A DNA stretch of 64,000 nucleotides from an uncultured Acidobacteriota bacterium (GTDB taxonomy: Bacteria > Acidobacteriota > Thermoanaerobaculia > UBA5066), in NCBI GenBank assembly GCA_963779415.1, contig CAVZYA010000001.1:1472001-1536000 (forward strand), written 5' to 3'. Numbering within the stretch: the first letter of the stretch is position 1; each line of letters starts with the position of its first letter. The notes under the pieces were generated by a model. That model was not told the origin of the DNA. It made no database searches and saw only the letters and a list, made by a program, of their open reading frames with translations. A program made the position numbers and the translations under genes. This document shows, piece by piece, positions 9,853 through 19,311 of the stretch.

Positions 9853-10599
9853 TCAGCGCATCCTGCCGAAGGCGCTCATCAGGGCCGCGCCGCCGAGGAC
9901 GATTCCGATCAGCGCGCAACCGCAGCAGAGAATGACCGGGATCAGGAGGGCGGCGAGCGCCTTTCCCGGCGTCGTCCGGTGGAGCCGTTCGATCCCCATG
10001 ACGTAGAGGACGGAGACCCAGACCAGGGCGATCAGCCCTCCGACGAGCGGGACGATCTGCGCGAGCTGGGCCACCCACGAGTAGCCGACGACGCGGACCG
10101 TTCCCTCGAAGCCGGCGTTCGAGTTCGAGAGCCCCCCGACGATCATGACGCAGAGGTGCATGACCGCCGCGCCGATGAAGAGGCCGCAGACGACGAAGAG
10201 CGGCGCGACGAGGATCTGGACCACGATCATTCCGACGGACCTCGCCGCGAACCCCGAGACCATCGCGCGCATCTCCGGAGGCAGGAAGCGGAGCCACGCC
10301 GCCCCGAACATCATTCCCCAGACGAGATTGAAGGCGGCTCCGACCCAGCCGACGCAGATGGCGAAGAGAAGCGGCTGTCCGTAATCCCCCTTCTCCCGCG
10401 TACGGCTCCATGCCTCCCGCGGGCTCGTCACGAAGAGACGGATCGTGTCGACGAGCGCGTCGGCGAACCCGACCTGCGGCCGCATCTCCCACGGGAGAGC
10501 GGCGGCCGGCGCCCCCGACGCGGGCGGATTCCAGCCCGGGGGTGGGGCGGACGGCGGAGGAGGCGGCGGCGGCGGGAGTTCCGGGGGGAGGCTGGACAT
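9853..10599 (-). CDS. YIP1 family membrane protein
   Basis: Pro-rich N-terminus, LPWE, FEGTVRVVGYS, IVPLVGG, five TM helices. Confidence 0.8.
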   Translation of the reverse strand: MSSLPPELPPPPPPPPSAPPPGWNPPASGAPAAALPWEMRPQVGFADALVDTIRLFVTSPREAWSRTREKGDYGQPLLFAICVGWVGAAFNLVWGMMFGAAWLRFLPPEMRAMVSGFAARSVGMIVVQILVAPLFVVCGLFIGAAVMHLCVMIVGGLSNSNAGFEGTVRVVGYSWVAQLAQIVPLVGGLIALVWVSVLYVMGIERLHRTTPGKALAALLIPVILCCGCALIGIVLGGAALMSAFGRMR

Positions 10600-10709
10600 C
10601 TCTCGACCCTCCTTCTTTCGGATGCGGGATTTCCGGCCGGATTCTATCGAGGAGGCGCGGAGGCTCTGTTACGCTCGCCGGTCCGCGGGCTCCGCTGGGA
10701 GGGTGAGCC

Positions 10710-11696
10710 ATGAAGTACACGACGCTCGGCCGGACCGGCGTGACCGTCTCCCGCCTCTGCCTCGGCTGCATGAGCTACGGTTCCAGCAGCTGGCGACCCT
10801 GGATCCTCGACGGCGAGGAGGCCGCGCGCCCTTTCTTCCGCGCCGCGGCGGAGGCCGGGATCAACTTCTTCGACACGGCTGACGGCTACTCGCTCGGCCG
10901 GTCGGAGGAGATCACCGGAAAGATGCTGAAGGAGTTCACGAGGCGTGAGGAGGCCGTCCTCGCGACGAAGGTCTTCTTCCCGATGGGAAAAGGGCCAAAC
11001 ACGAAGGGGCTCTCGAAAAAGCACGTCGTCGAAGGGTGCGAGGCCAGCCTCCGGCGCCTCGGCGTCGAGACGATCGACCTCTACCAGATCCACCGTTTCG
11101 ATCCCGAGACGCCGCTCGAGGAGACCCTCGCGGCCATGGACCTTCTCGTCGCGCAGGGGAAGGTTCGCTACACCGGGGCCAGCTCTGGGCCGGCCTGGAA
11201 GCTGATGAAAGCGCTCGGCCTCTCCGATCTCCACGGCCACCCGCGCTTCGTCTCGATGCAGAACCATTACAACCTCGTCTACCGCGAAGAAGAGCGCGAG
11301 ATGCTGCCGCTCTGCGCCGAGGAGGGGATCGGCGTCATCCCCTGGTCGCCCCTCGCGCGCGGCCTCCTCGCAGGGACGCGCCCGCGCCCCGACGACCGGA
11401 CCTCGACCCCGCGGGCCGCGAGCGACGACTACGCCTGGAAGCTCTACGACCACCCCTCGGACGCCGACGTGATGGAGGCGACGCGCAAGGTCGCCGCGGC
11501 GCGCGGCGTGGAGATGGCCGAGGTGGCGCTCGCATGGCTTCTTTCCAGGCCGGTCGTCACCGCGCCGATCATCGGAGCCACGAAGCTCCCCCACCTCGAA
11601 ACGGCCCTCCGTTCGCTCGATCTCTCGCTCACCGACGACGAGATCGCCGCCCTCGAAGCCCCTTACAGGCCTCACGCCGTACGCGGGTGGCACTAG
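10710..11696 (+). CDS. Aldo/keto reductase
   Basis: LCLGCMSYG, FDTADGY, LATK, IDLYQIHR, QNHYN, WSPLARG; GGGAGG SD. Confidence 0.95.
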   Translation: MKYTTLGRTGVTVSRLCLGCMSYGSSSWRPWILDGEEAARPFFRAAAEAGINFFDTADGYSLGRSEEITGKMLKEFTRREEAVLATKVFFPMGKGPNTKGLSKKHVVEGCEASLRRLGVETIDLYQIHRFDPETPLEETLAAMDLLVAQGKVRYTGASSGPAWKLMKALGLSDLHGHPRFVSMQNHYNLVYREEEREMLPLCAEEGIGVIPWSPLARGLLAGTRPRPDDRTSTPRAASDDYAWKLYDHPSDADVMEATRKVAAARGVEMAEVALAWLLSRPVVTAPIIGATKLPHLETALRSLDLSLTDDEIAALEAPYRPHAVRGWH

Positions 11697-12089
11697 ATGG
11701 AAGCGACCGCACCCCTGACGCCGGAGAGGTTCCACACCCTGATGGCCGAACTCGCCTCCGCCTGGAACGTCGGCGACGCCGACCGCGCGGCCGCCCTCTT
11801 CAGCGAGGACGCCGTCTACCTCGACCCGGGCAGCCGGAAGTTCTACCGGGGACGCGCCGTTCTCCGCGACCTCTTCGAGCGGACGGCGAGGCGCTCGCCG
11901 ATGACGACCACCTGGCGCCACGTTTTCTTCGACGAGCCTTCCCAGACCGGCGCGGCCGAGTTCACCTTCAACTGGGGCGCCCACGCCTACGCCGGCGTCG
12001 CCATCGTCGTTCTCGAAGACGGCCTCGTCTCCCGCTGGCGCGAATACCAGGTCGAGTCCGACAGCGCCTTCGACGTCATCTCGGGGTAG
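11697..12089 (+). CDS. SnoaL-like / NTF2 family protein
   Basis: AWNVGD...LFSEDAVY-x-DP...GR and WREY motifs; abuts the AKR stop. Confidence 0.8.
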   Translation: MEATAPLTPERFHTLMAELASAWNVGDADRAAALFSEDAVYLDPGSRKFYRGRAVLRDLFERTARRSPMTTTWRHVFFDEPSQTGAAEFTFNWGAHAYAGVAIVVLEDGLVSRWREYQVESDSAFDVISG

Positions 12090-12175
12090 GCGCGGAGAGA
12101 GTCGGGATGGCGCTCACGCGGCACCGGCACTTTTCTCCATGGCGGCCGAATCGTGACTAGCCAGCCGCAAGCACG

Positions 12176-12637
12176 ATGAAAACGACCTTTCTCCGCGACG
12201 CCTCGCCGGAAGACTCCTCCGACATCTCCGCCTTGCTCGCAGAACTCGGCCACCCGCTCTCTCCGGACCGGGTCGCGCAACAGCTCCGCCGGATCACCGA
12301 GCATGGAAGGGGATCCTTCGTCGTCGCGGCCCTCGTCGGCGGACGAACGGTTGGAGTTGTCTCCGGTTTCGCAACGCCCGTACTGCATCGGGAGCGTCCG
12401 GTGGGTCGCATCAGCGTCCTCGTCGTAGCCCGCTCCCACGCCCGCGAGGGGTTCGGCTCTGCTCTCCTCCGCGAGGCGGAGGAGCGTCTGCGAGCCCAGG
12501 GCTGCGTTCGCGTCGAGCTCACCAGCGCCGCTCACCGTACCGAGGCACATGAGTTCTACTGCCGCAAGGGATATCAGCAGCAAGGCCTTCGGTTTGCACG
12601 GGAGATTCGCGGAGAGAACACCGGGAGCGGCGCCTGA
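12176..12637 (+). CDS. GNAT family N-acetyltransferase
   Basis: LVV...AREGFGSALL acetyl-CoA motif; AHEFY...GY. Confidence 0.88.
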   Translation: MKTTFLRDASPEDSSDISALLAELGHPLSPDRVAQQLRRITEHGRGSFVVAALVGGRTVGVVSGFATPVLHRERPVGRISVLVVARSHAREGFGSALLREAEERLRAQGCVRVELTSAAHRTEAHEFYCRKGYQQQGLRFAREIRGENTGSGA

Positions 12638-12718
12638 CCCCGAATCACCGGTGGAGGCCGCCGTTCACCGGTTCTCTTCCGGAAGCCGTTCATCTGACAA
12701 GGGGCGAGGAGGACTTCC

Positions 12719-14014
12719 ATGACTTCCGATAAGCAGCACGACCTGATCATCGTCGGGGGCGGAATCGGCGGCATCATCAGCCTCAAATATGCGAAGGATG
12801 CCGGCCTTGACGCAATCCTCCTGGAAGGAGGCAATGCTGTCGGCGGCCTCTGGCGCGATCTTCCTGCCTGGCAGGACATCCAGTTCCGCAAGGAAGACTG
12901 GACGCTCGGGGACTTGCCGATCGCGGGAGAAGACCAGGCGAGCATTCTTGCCAACATCCGCTCATGGGTGGAGCGTTTCCGGCTTGCGGAATCGATTCGG
13001 CTCGGCACCCGGGTCACCTCGGCCCGGCCGAGCAATGGTGGCTGGAAGGTGTCTGCGGGAGCGTACAGCGGCCATTCGAAGTTTCTCATCGCCGCCACCG
13101 GCGGTTACAATCGGCCCGTCGTTCCGCAAATCGAGAGAGTCCTGCCGACGTTGGTCGAGTATCACTCCTCGGCGCTCCGCGACCCGGCAGAACTCACAGG
13201 CAAGGACGTCATCGTCGTGGGGGGTGGCGCCTCGGCCTTCGACCTCCTCGATCTCGGTTTCGAACGCCAGGCTCGCAACGTCACCTGGGTCTATCGGTCG
13301 CTCAAATGGATGCGCCCCACGCTCCGCCCGAAGTATTTCGGAACGGACATGCGCGCTCTCGCGAGAATGCAGATGCTCGGCGTTCCGCTCGCCACGCAGA
13401 ATGAACGGATCAATCGGGATCTGCGCGGCCGTTACAGGAAGGCTGGTCTGGATGACCTGATGCCCGATAAGGCGTTCGACCTCGGGAACCAGCAGCTCGT
13501 CCCCGGCCGTCGCCGCATGATCCAGAACTTCGCGCGAATCGTGCGTCACCAGAGCGAGATCGTGCGCATCGAGGGAAACACGGTGCGGCTCTCTTCCGGA
13601 CACTCATGCAATACCGATCTGTTGCTCTGGGGCACCGGATACCAGACGGACCTGAGCTACCTGGAGGTGGGAAACCTGTCGCGACTCACGCGACTCGACG
13701 CAATCGGCCGGCGCTGCGGCGCGCATTTTCTTGCTTTGGATGCGCCGAACCTCTTCATTCTCGCGCCGGGAGTCCTGGAAACCAACACCTCGACCCCCTG
13801 GGCTTACGCCCACGCCGCGAAATCGATCATGTCTCATATCCGTGGCAACGCCGTATTCGATTCGGTGCCGGTCGACACCAACCCAAACTACTTCGAGCTG
13901 GCTCGCTTTCTCGCGAAGCGGGACCGCGCCAACTATCCTGCCCTGCTCTGGTATCTGAAGTATCTTGGCCTGGCGTTCCGCCAACCAGATGATCGACCAA
14001 TGCCAATTCCCTGA
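12719..14014 (+). CDS. Flavin-containing monooxygenase-like FAD/NAD(P)-dependent oxidoreductase
   Basis: GGGIGG (FAD), GGLW, ATG, YHSS, GGGASA (NADPH), GTGY; GAGGAGG SD. Confidence 0.85.
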   Translation: MTSDKQHDLIIVGGGIGGIISLKYAKDAGLDAILLEGGNAVGGLWRDLPAWQDIQFRKEDWTLGDLPIAGEDQASILANIRSWVERFRLAESIRLGTRVTSARPSNGGWKVSAGAYSGHSKFLIAATGGYNRPVVPQIERVLPTLVEYHSSALRDPAELTGKDVIVVGGGASAFDLLDLGFERQARNVTWVYRSLKWMRPTLRPKYFGTDMRALARMQMLGVPLATQNERINRDLRGRYRKAGLDDLMPDKAFDLGNQQLVPGRRRMIQNFARIVRHQSEIVRIEGNTVRLSSGHSCNTDLLLWGTGYQTDLSYLEVGNLSRLTRLDAIGRRCGAHFLALDAPNLFILAPGVLETNTSTPWAYAHAAKSIMSHIRGNAVFDSVPVDTNPNYFELARFLAKRDRANYPALLWYLKYLGLAFRQPDDRPMPIP

Positions 14015-14057
14015 GGTAAAGATCAGGCCTTCGGCCGGTCTGACAGCCATGGTCTGT

Positions 14058-14819
14058 ATGAATGATGCGGACATAGAGGTTCTCCCCACGCCGAGGGGCG
14101 CGGGGAGCTATCTCGCCGTGAACAAGCCGGCGGGGCGCGTGGTCCACGGAAAGGGAGGGCTGCTCGAAGAGCTGCGTGCCGCGACGGGCGAGGAGCTCGC
14201 GCTCGTCCACCGTCTCGACCGCGAGACCTCGGGGGTGCTGCTTTTCGCGAGAGACTCCGCCGCTCTCCGCGCCGCCCACACAGCGTGGGTCCGCGACGTC
14301 ACGAAGGTCTACCTCGCGAGAACGCGCGGCGTGCCGTCCCCTCCCGAAGGGGTCGTGAGCGCTCCCCTCCTCGAGCACCACTCCTCGAAGCCCGAGCTGC
14401 TCCGCCGCGCGCTCAAGAGCGCTTACGGGTCTGCGCGCGCCGGACATCTTCTCGCCGGGCGCCGCGTCGGCGCGATCCCGGCGGTCCCGCCGCCGGGGCG
14501 GACGGCCGTTCACCCGGCCGGAAGGCCCGCCGCGACGGCGTACCGCGTCGTGGAGAGTCGCGGCGCCACCGCCCTCGTGGAGCTCGTCCCCGAGACCGGG
14601 CGGATGCACCAGCTGAGGGTCCATCTCGCCCATCTCGGCACGCCGCTCCTCGGCGACCGTCTCTACGACCCCGGCAGCGGTCCGGGGGCCCCGGCGCCCC
14701 TTCTTCACGCGAGCCGGCTCGTCTGGAAGAACCCGCCCGGCCGGCCCGAGGGAAGCGTCTGGATCTGGGAGGCTCCGCTCTCCGCCGCGGCCTCGCATGT
14801 TCGCCGCCAGATCGGCTAA
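14058..14819 (+). CDS. RluA family RNA pseudouridine synthase
   Basis: VNKPAG, HRLDRETSG with catalytic Asp, TGRMHQLRVH, GDRLY, LHA. Confidence 0.9.
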   Translation: MNDADIEVLPTPRGAGSYLAVNKPAGRVVHGKGGLLEELRAATGEELALVHRLDRETSGVLLFARDSAALRAAHTAWVRDVTKVYLARTRGVPSPPEGVVSAPLLEHHSSKPELLRRALKSAYGSARAGHLLAGRRVGAIPAVPPPGRTAVHPAGRPAATAYRVVESRGATALVELVPETGRMHQLRVHLAHLGTPLLGDRLYDPGSGPGAPAPLLHASRLVWKNPPGRPEGSVWIWEAPLSAAASHVRRQIG

Positions 14820-14863
14820 GGTGTCGAGGAGGCCCGCGTCCGCCTGCCTCAAGGAGGTGCCCC

Positions 14864-15025
14864 GTGACGCTCTGTCCCATCGCTCTCGCCGTCACTTGCA
14901 AGAAGTGCCCCGCGTTCTCCTTCTGCCCTCTCAAGACCGTCATCGGCGACGAGAAGGCCGCCCCGCCGGCGGCGAAGAGCGCCGGCCCGTCCGGCCGCTC
15001 CGGCGCCGGCAAGAAGAGGTCCTGA
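14864..15025 (+). CDS. Small Cys-rich protein (53 aa), not called separately in the ORF track
   Basis: Perfect SD AAGGAGGT 5 nt before GTG; MTLCPIALAVTCKKCPAFSFCPLKTVIGDEK...; GC3-rich codons. Confidence 0.75.
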   Translation: MTLCPIALAVTCKKCPAFSFCPLKTVIGDEKAAPPAAKSAGPSGRSGAGKKRS

Positions 15026-15091
15026 CCGGCTCTTTTTCGCGGATCTCCGTCACCGCCGCTGGCCCCGGCGACGTCCGGGGCGGAGGGTGCC

Positions 15092-15865
15092 ATGAGCTAT
15101 CAGTTCCTGAAGATCCGCATCGAGGAGAGCGTCGGGTGGATCGAGTATCACCGCCCTCCCGTCAACGCCATCGACTGGACGATGCTCCGGGAGATCCCCG
15201 TGGCTCTGGAGGCCTTTCTCCGGGACCCCGCGGTCCGGGTCGTCGTGATCGCCAGCGCGCTCGAGAGGTTCTTCTCCACCGGGGCGGACCTCCGCGTCCT
15301 CTCGGCGATGGGACCGGCGGAGTTGAAGGGGTGGGTCGAGGTCTGTCACGACATCGTCCGGCAGCTTCGTCGGGCCGAAAAGCCGATCCTCGCCGCGATC
15401 CACGGAACGGCCGTCGGCGGCGGGCTGGAAATCGTCCTGAACGGCGACGTCCGCTTCGCCGCCGCCAACGCGAGGCTCGGGCAGCCGGAGATCAACATTG
15501 CGTTCCTTCCGCCCGTGGGAACGACGCAATCCCTCCCGCGTCTTCTCGGCCGCCCGCGGGCGCTCCGCTTTCTCTACGAAGGGACGCTCGTCACGGCCGA
15601 GGAGGCCCTCGGGATGGGGCTCGTCGACTTCGTCGTCCCCCCGGAGAAGCTCCGCGGGGAGGTCCAGAAGTACGCGGCGGAGCTGGCCCGGAAGCCGGCA
15701 GAGGCTCTCGCGGCCATCCGCCGGTGCGTCACGCTGGGGCTCGATCTCCCCTACGACGAAGCTCTCGCCCTCGAGATGGAAGCGGCCGTGCACCTCGCCG
15801 GCACTCCCGACTTCTCCGAAGGGCTTCGCGCCTTCCTCGAGAAGCGGCCGCCGAAGTGGACATAG
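15092..15865 (+). CDS. Enoyl-CoA hydratase/isomerase family protein
   Basis: FSTGADL, AVGGGLE, GQPEI, FLEKRPP. Confidence 0.92.
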   Translation: MSYQFLKIRIEESVGWIEYHRPPVNAIDWTMLREIPVALEAFLRDPAVRVVVIASALERFFSTGADLRVLSAMGPAELKGWVEVCHDIVRQLRRAEKPILAAIHGTAVGGGLEIVLNGDVRFAAANARLGQPEINIAFLPPVGTTQSLPRLLGRPRALRFLYEGTLVTAEEALGMGLVDFVVPPEKLRGEVQKYAAELARKPAEALAAIRRCVTLGLDLPYDEALALEMEAAVHLAGTPDFSEGLRAFLEKRPPKWT

Positions 15866-15874
15866 GAGGGACCG

Positions 15875-16474
15875 ATGAAGCGGACATTCCCGATCCTCAT
15901 CCTCTTCGCGGCGTTTCTGGCCGGCTGCTCCTCGACGAGGTCTTCCCTTCCGCTGACCGACACCCCGCCCCCCGTCCCGTCGTCCTCGGCCGTCCTCGCC
16001 GGCCACGCCCGCGCGTTCCGATCCGTCGAGGGGGCGTGGGTCGCCGCCCCCGACTACGACTACGATTTCCTCGTCCTCGAACGGCGTTTCGCCGATCACT
16101 GGGAGGCGATCAAGGAGATCCACCGCCGTCACCCGAAGTACGACGGCCGGGCCGGCCCCCGCGATCAGACGATCTACTTCCTCGTCCGAACTTCGCCCGC
16201 GCCGGACGGAGGCCACGACCTCGTCGTGGAGAGCTCGCTGGGCAATGGCACGGGACACGAGAAGCCTGGCGGTGGTGGGCTGGCTCTGGAGCTGGACTAC
16301 GAAGGGAGGGGCTGGTTCGTTCCTTTCGATACGATTCGGATCCGGCAGGAGCGCCCCGCCGTGGAAGGACGGATCCAGGAGACCGTCGAGCTGCTGTCGA
16401 AGGGAAAAGGCCGCGAGATCCCGTTCATGAAGATGGAAGAGGAGGGCCTCGTCTACCGGCCTCTCCGTCCATAG
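15875..16474 (+). CDS. Hypothetical lipoprotein
   Basis: AGGAGG SD; lipobox LAGC after a hydrophobic stretch. Confidence 0.75.
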   Translation: MKRTFPILILFAAFLAGCSSTRSSLPLTDTPPPVPSSSAVLAGHARAFRSVEGAWVAAPDYDYDFLVLERRFADHWEAIKEIHRRHPKYDGRAGPRDQTIYFLVRTSPAPDGGHDLVVESSLGNGTGHEKPGGGGLALELDYEGRGWFVPFDTIRIRQERPAVEGRIQETVELLSKGKGREIPFMKMEEEGLVYRPLRP

Positions 16475-16562
16475 ACGATCGGCTCAGGTCCTGTCTCTGT
16501 TCGCGGGATCAGCCTGTTTCAGGGACTGATCCGTCCCCGGGCGCAATCCTCTCGGCTCTCTT

Positions 16563-16844
16563 TCAATGCCCATGCGGACGTGTCGGAATCGACGGAGCCG
16601 AGCGGGACGGAGGTGCCGGACGATAGGCATGCCGAGGCGACTGATGCGACGGCTCCGGGCGACGTTCGCCGCCGCGGGGCGGTGGTCCCACGTAATAACC
16701 CGGTCCCCAGCCGCCGTACTCGTACCCGGACGGACCGTAGGTGGCCCCGACATAGCCCCCGTCGGGTACCAGGCAGGCATACAGCACCGCGAGCAGCACG
16801 AAGCCGAGCGCGCGCACCCTCCAACGTCGAGGCACGATATTCAT
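16563..16844 (-). CDS. Small Gly/Tyr/Pro-rich putative lipoprotein
   Basis: ATGA overlap with the VOC gene stop, AAGGAG SD; LYAC lipobox-like; GGYVG...YGGWGPGYY low-complexity region. Confidence 0.6.
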   Translation of the reverse strand: MNIVPRRWRVRALGFVLLAVLYACLVPDGGYVGATYGPSGYEYGGWGPGYYVGPPPRGGERRPEPSHQSPRHAYRPAPPSRSAPSIPTRPHGH

Positions 16845-17764
16845 TTCGGCTCCTTTCTGATCTCGGTGTCCGACCACTCCATCAACCCGAAGAGCGCTCC
16901 CGCCGGGTCGGCGACGACGGAAACGATTTCACCGTGGCGATCGACGTGCGGTTCGACAACCACACGCCCACCCAGCGCAACGGCCTTCGCGGTCGCACTT
17001 GCGGTATCGACGACCCGCACGAAGTTGAGCCAGTGGGAGTGACGGCGGGACGACTTGCTGGGGAAGGAATTGATACTCGCGCGAGCGAAGTCTTCGGTCG
17101 AAAGGATCAGGTGGTCCAGACCGTCGGCACTCGGCAGATCGAAGACGTCATAGCCGAAGAGCGCCTGGTAAAACGCCGCGTCCGTGTCCGGGTCTGCAGC
17201 GATGAGCGAGCTCCAGATCCACTCTCCCGGCGCCGCCAGGAAGTCTGCCGGGTCCCCGCTGCTGGAGGCGAGCACCGCGAAGAGAGCCCCCTCGGGATCG
17301 GCAAGAATCGCCTGCCGGCCCCGTTGCGGGTAACTCTTCGTCTCGGAGACGACCTTGCCGCCGTGCTCCAGTGCCGTCCGTTTCGCAGCCTCGACATCGC
17401 GAACGGCGATGAATGTCAGCCACGCCGGCTGCCGGTTCTTGCCGGACGGCACGGCCCGGTGGAAAAGGCCTCCGACCGGCCGGCCATCGAGAGTGGCGAC
17501 GGCGTAGTCCGTCGTACCGATAAGGGTGTCGCGGAAGGTCCAGCCGAACAGCCCTGCATAGAAAGTCTTCGCGCTGGCGAGGTCCGGCGTCACCAGATCA
17601 GCCCAGATCACCTTGCCGACGTGGTGCTCGGCGTTCGCGGGATCAACGAGCGGGGGCAGTTCAGGCGGCGCCGCCATGACTGTGGCGCCGCAAGCGGCGA
17701 AGAGGAACAACACACACAGGCCGTGCGCGAGGAACCGTCGGGCTCGATGGCAACAGATCTTCAT
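16841..17764 (-). CDS. Exported VOC (glyoxalase/bleomycin-resistance) family protein, tandem domains
   Basis: WADLVT...FYAGLFGW, DPEGALF and second repeat FYQALFGY, DPAGALFG; ATG 17764 with GGAGG SD; signal peptide. Confidence 0.88.
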   Translation of the reverse strand: MKICCHRARRFLAHGLCVLFLFAACGATVMAAPPELPPLVDPANAEHHVGKVIWADLVTPDLASAKTFYAGLFGWTFRDTLIGTTDYAVATLDGRPVGGLFHRAVPSGKNRQPAWLTFIAVRDVEAAKRTALEHGGKVVSETKSYPQRGRQAILADPEGALFAVLASSSGDPADFLAAPGEWIWSSLIAADPDTDAAFYQALFGYDVFDLPSADGLDHLILSTEDFARASINSFPSKSSRRHSHWLNFVRVVDTASATAKAVALGGRVVVEPHVDRHGEIVSVVADPAGALFGLMEWSDTEIRKEPK

Positions 17765-17934
17765 TCTCGTGCCTCCACAACAACCGTCCGCCGAACAGTC
17801 GGCCCGCTTGGACGCCGACCGCCGGGGCCACAAACAGGTCCCGCAATCGGGATGCCATGTCGCCCACCCGCCTTCGGACGCTTGCGGAAAGGCTTATGGC
17901 GGGCACGTTGTAGATTCTTCATCGCGCCCTGCAT
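17761..17934 (-). CDS. Possible small basic ORF (57 aa) coupled to the VOC gene
   Basis: GGAGGT immediately before ATG 17934; stop overlaps the VOC start (ATGA); no recognisable domain. Confidence 0.3.
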   Translation of the reverse strand: MQGAMKNLQRARHKPFRKRPKAGGRHGIPIAGPVCGPGGRRPSGPTVRRTVVVEARE

Positions 17935-17986
17935 AACCTCCACCTTCGAGACACGATGTCTCCCGGGACGTCGCGAAGAATCCGGG

Positions 17987-18413
17987 CTAGCCGGCCTTCC
18001 CGAGGAAGAACGAGGCGATGAGGATGGACAGGACCGCGGTCGTGATGACGACGAACGCATGGTCCCGCTCGAGAGCGAAGAGGACGATGGAGATGGCGAC
18101 CCGGAGGATCGGCGTCAGGATCAGGATCAGGAGCCCGAGGGCGACGACGCTCTGGCCATGCCGGTCCCGGAGGCCGGCAATCACGTCCGGGAGGGCATGC
18201 GGGAAATGCCGCCCCCGGGCTCGTGAGCCGCTGGAGCGCCTCCGCCGAGCGGACGTAGGACGGGTTGTGGAGGAACATCAGCGCGAGGCCGATGAAGATG
18301 AGCGCCATGCTCAGGAGGACGCCGCTTCGAAGGAGGGTGCTGATGACCAGGTCCATCCGCCCGGGCTCGGAGCGGGGATCGATTCCGGGCGGGACCGGAT
18401 CCGTGGCGCTCAT
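17987..18413 (-). CDS. DUF1634 membrane protein, +1 frameshift near 18202
   Basis: ISTLLRSGV N-part and LGLLILILTPILRV...ERD C-part lie in different frames; typical partner of TauE/SafE genes. Confidence 0.8.
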
Positions 18414-19244
18414 CGGAAGGCCTTCCAGATCATCTGCGCGGAGACGAAGAGAAGCACGGCGAGAAAGACGCCGCGGAGAACCCGGCTGTCGGTCCGGCCG
18501 AGGACCCGCGAGCCGGCGAACGAGCCGACCACGACGCCGAGAGCGACCGGAGCGGCGATGATCGGGTCGATGTCGCCCCGCAGAAAGTAGACTCCGGCGC
18601 TGGCCGCGGCCGTCACCCCGATCATCAGGTTGCTCGTGGCCGTGGAGATCTTGATCGGCATCCGCATGGCCACGTCCATGGCCGAGACCTTCAGCGTCCC
18701 GGAACCGAGGCCGAGGAGGCCGCTGAAGACGCCCGCCAGCCACATGATGACGAGGCCGAGCACCGTGTTCGTGACCCGGTAGGAGACCTGGCAGTCCGCG
18801 CGCTTCGTCGAAGTAGCTTCCGTGGAGCTGGAGCTGGTCGGCCCAGCGGTCGGGCGGCACGGGACCGGCCGGGACGGTCATCCGGCGGAGCATCCCGAGC
18901 GCCGACGGCGCGAGGACGAGTCCGAAGAGCAGGTAGAGCCATCGCCCGTGCAGGAGGCCGGCGAGGTAGGCCCCGGTCACGGCGCCGGCGGTGGTGCCGA
19001 GCTCCAGGAACATGGCGGCACGCAGATTCGTGAGGTGTTCGCGGACGTAGGCGGCGGCCGCGCCGCTCGACGTACCGATGACGGAGACGATGGACGCCCC
19101 GATGGCGTAGCGGATGTCGATGCCGAAGAGGAGGGTCAGGGCGGGAACGACGACGATCCCGCCGCCCAGCCCGACGAGCGAGCCGAGGAACCCTGCCGCG
19201 ACGGAAATTCCGGAAAGGGCAAACACGAATTCGAGTGGTGACAT
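18410..19244 (-). CDS. Sulfite exporter TauE/SafE family, +1 frameshift near 18796
   Basis: GSLVGLGGG...VP, AIGASIVSVIGTSSG, SGLLGLGSG, STATSNLMIGVTA. Confidence 0.88.
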
Positions 19245-19311
19245 GCACTTCGGATCGTAGCGCGAGGGGGCCGTTTGACCCTCCCCTTCCGTTCCGGCAA
19301 CATCCGCCGCC

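Noticed and set aside
6255-9935. Very long antisense or alternate-frame ORFs (e.g. 1226 aa here; also 20015-23020, 36090-38045, 46007-49441, 49532-52963)
   Set aside because: Shadow ORFs expected in high-GC DNA; Arg/Pro/Gly-rich, without motifs except where they run into a real gene, and overlapping well-supported genes.
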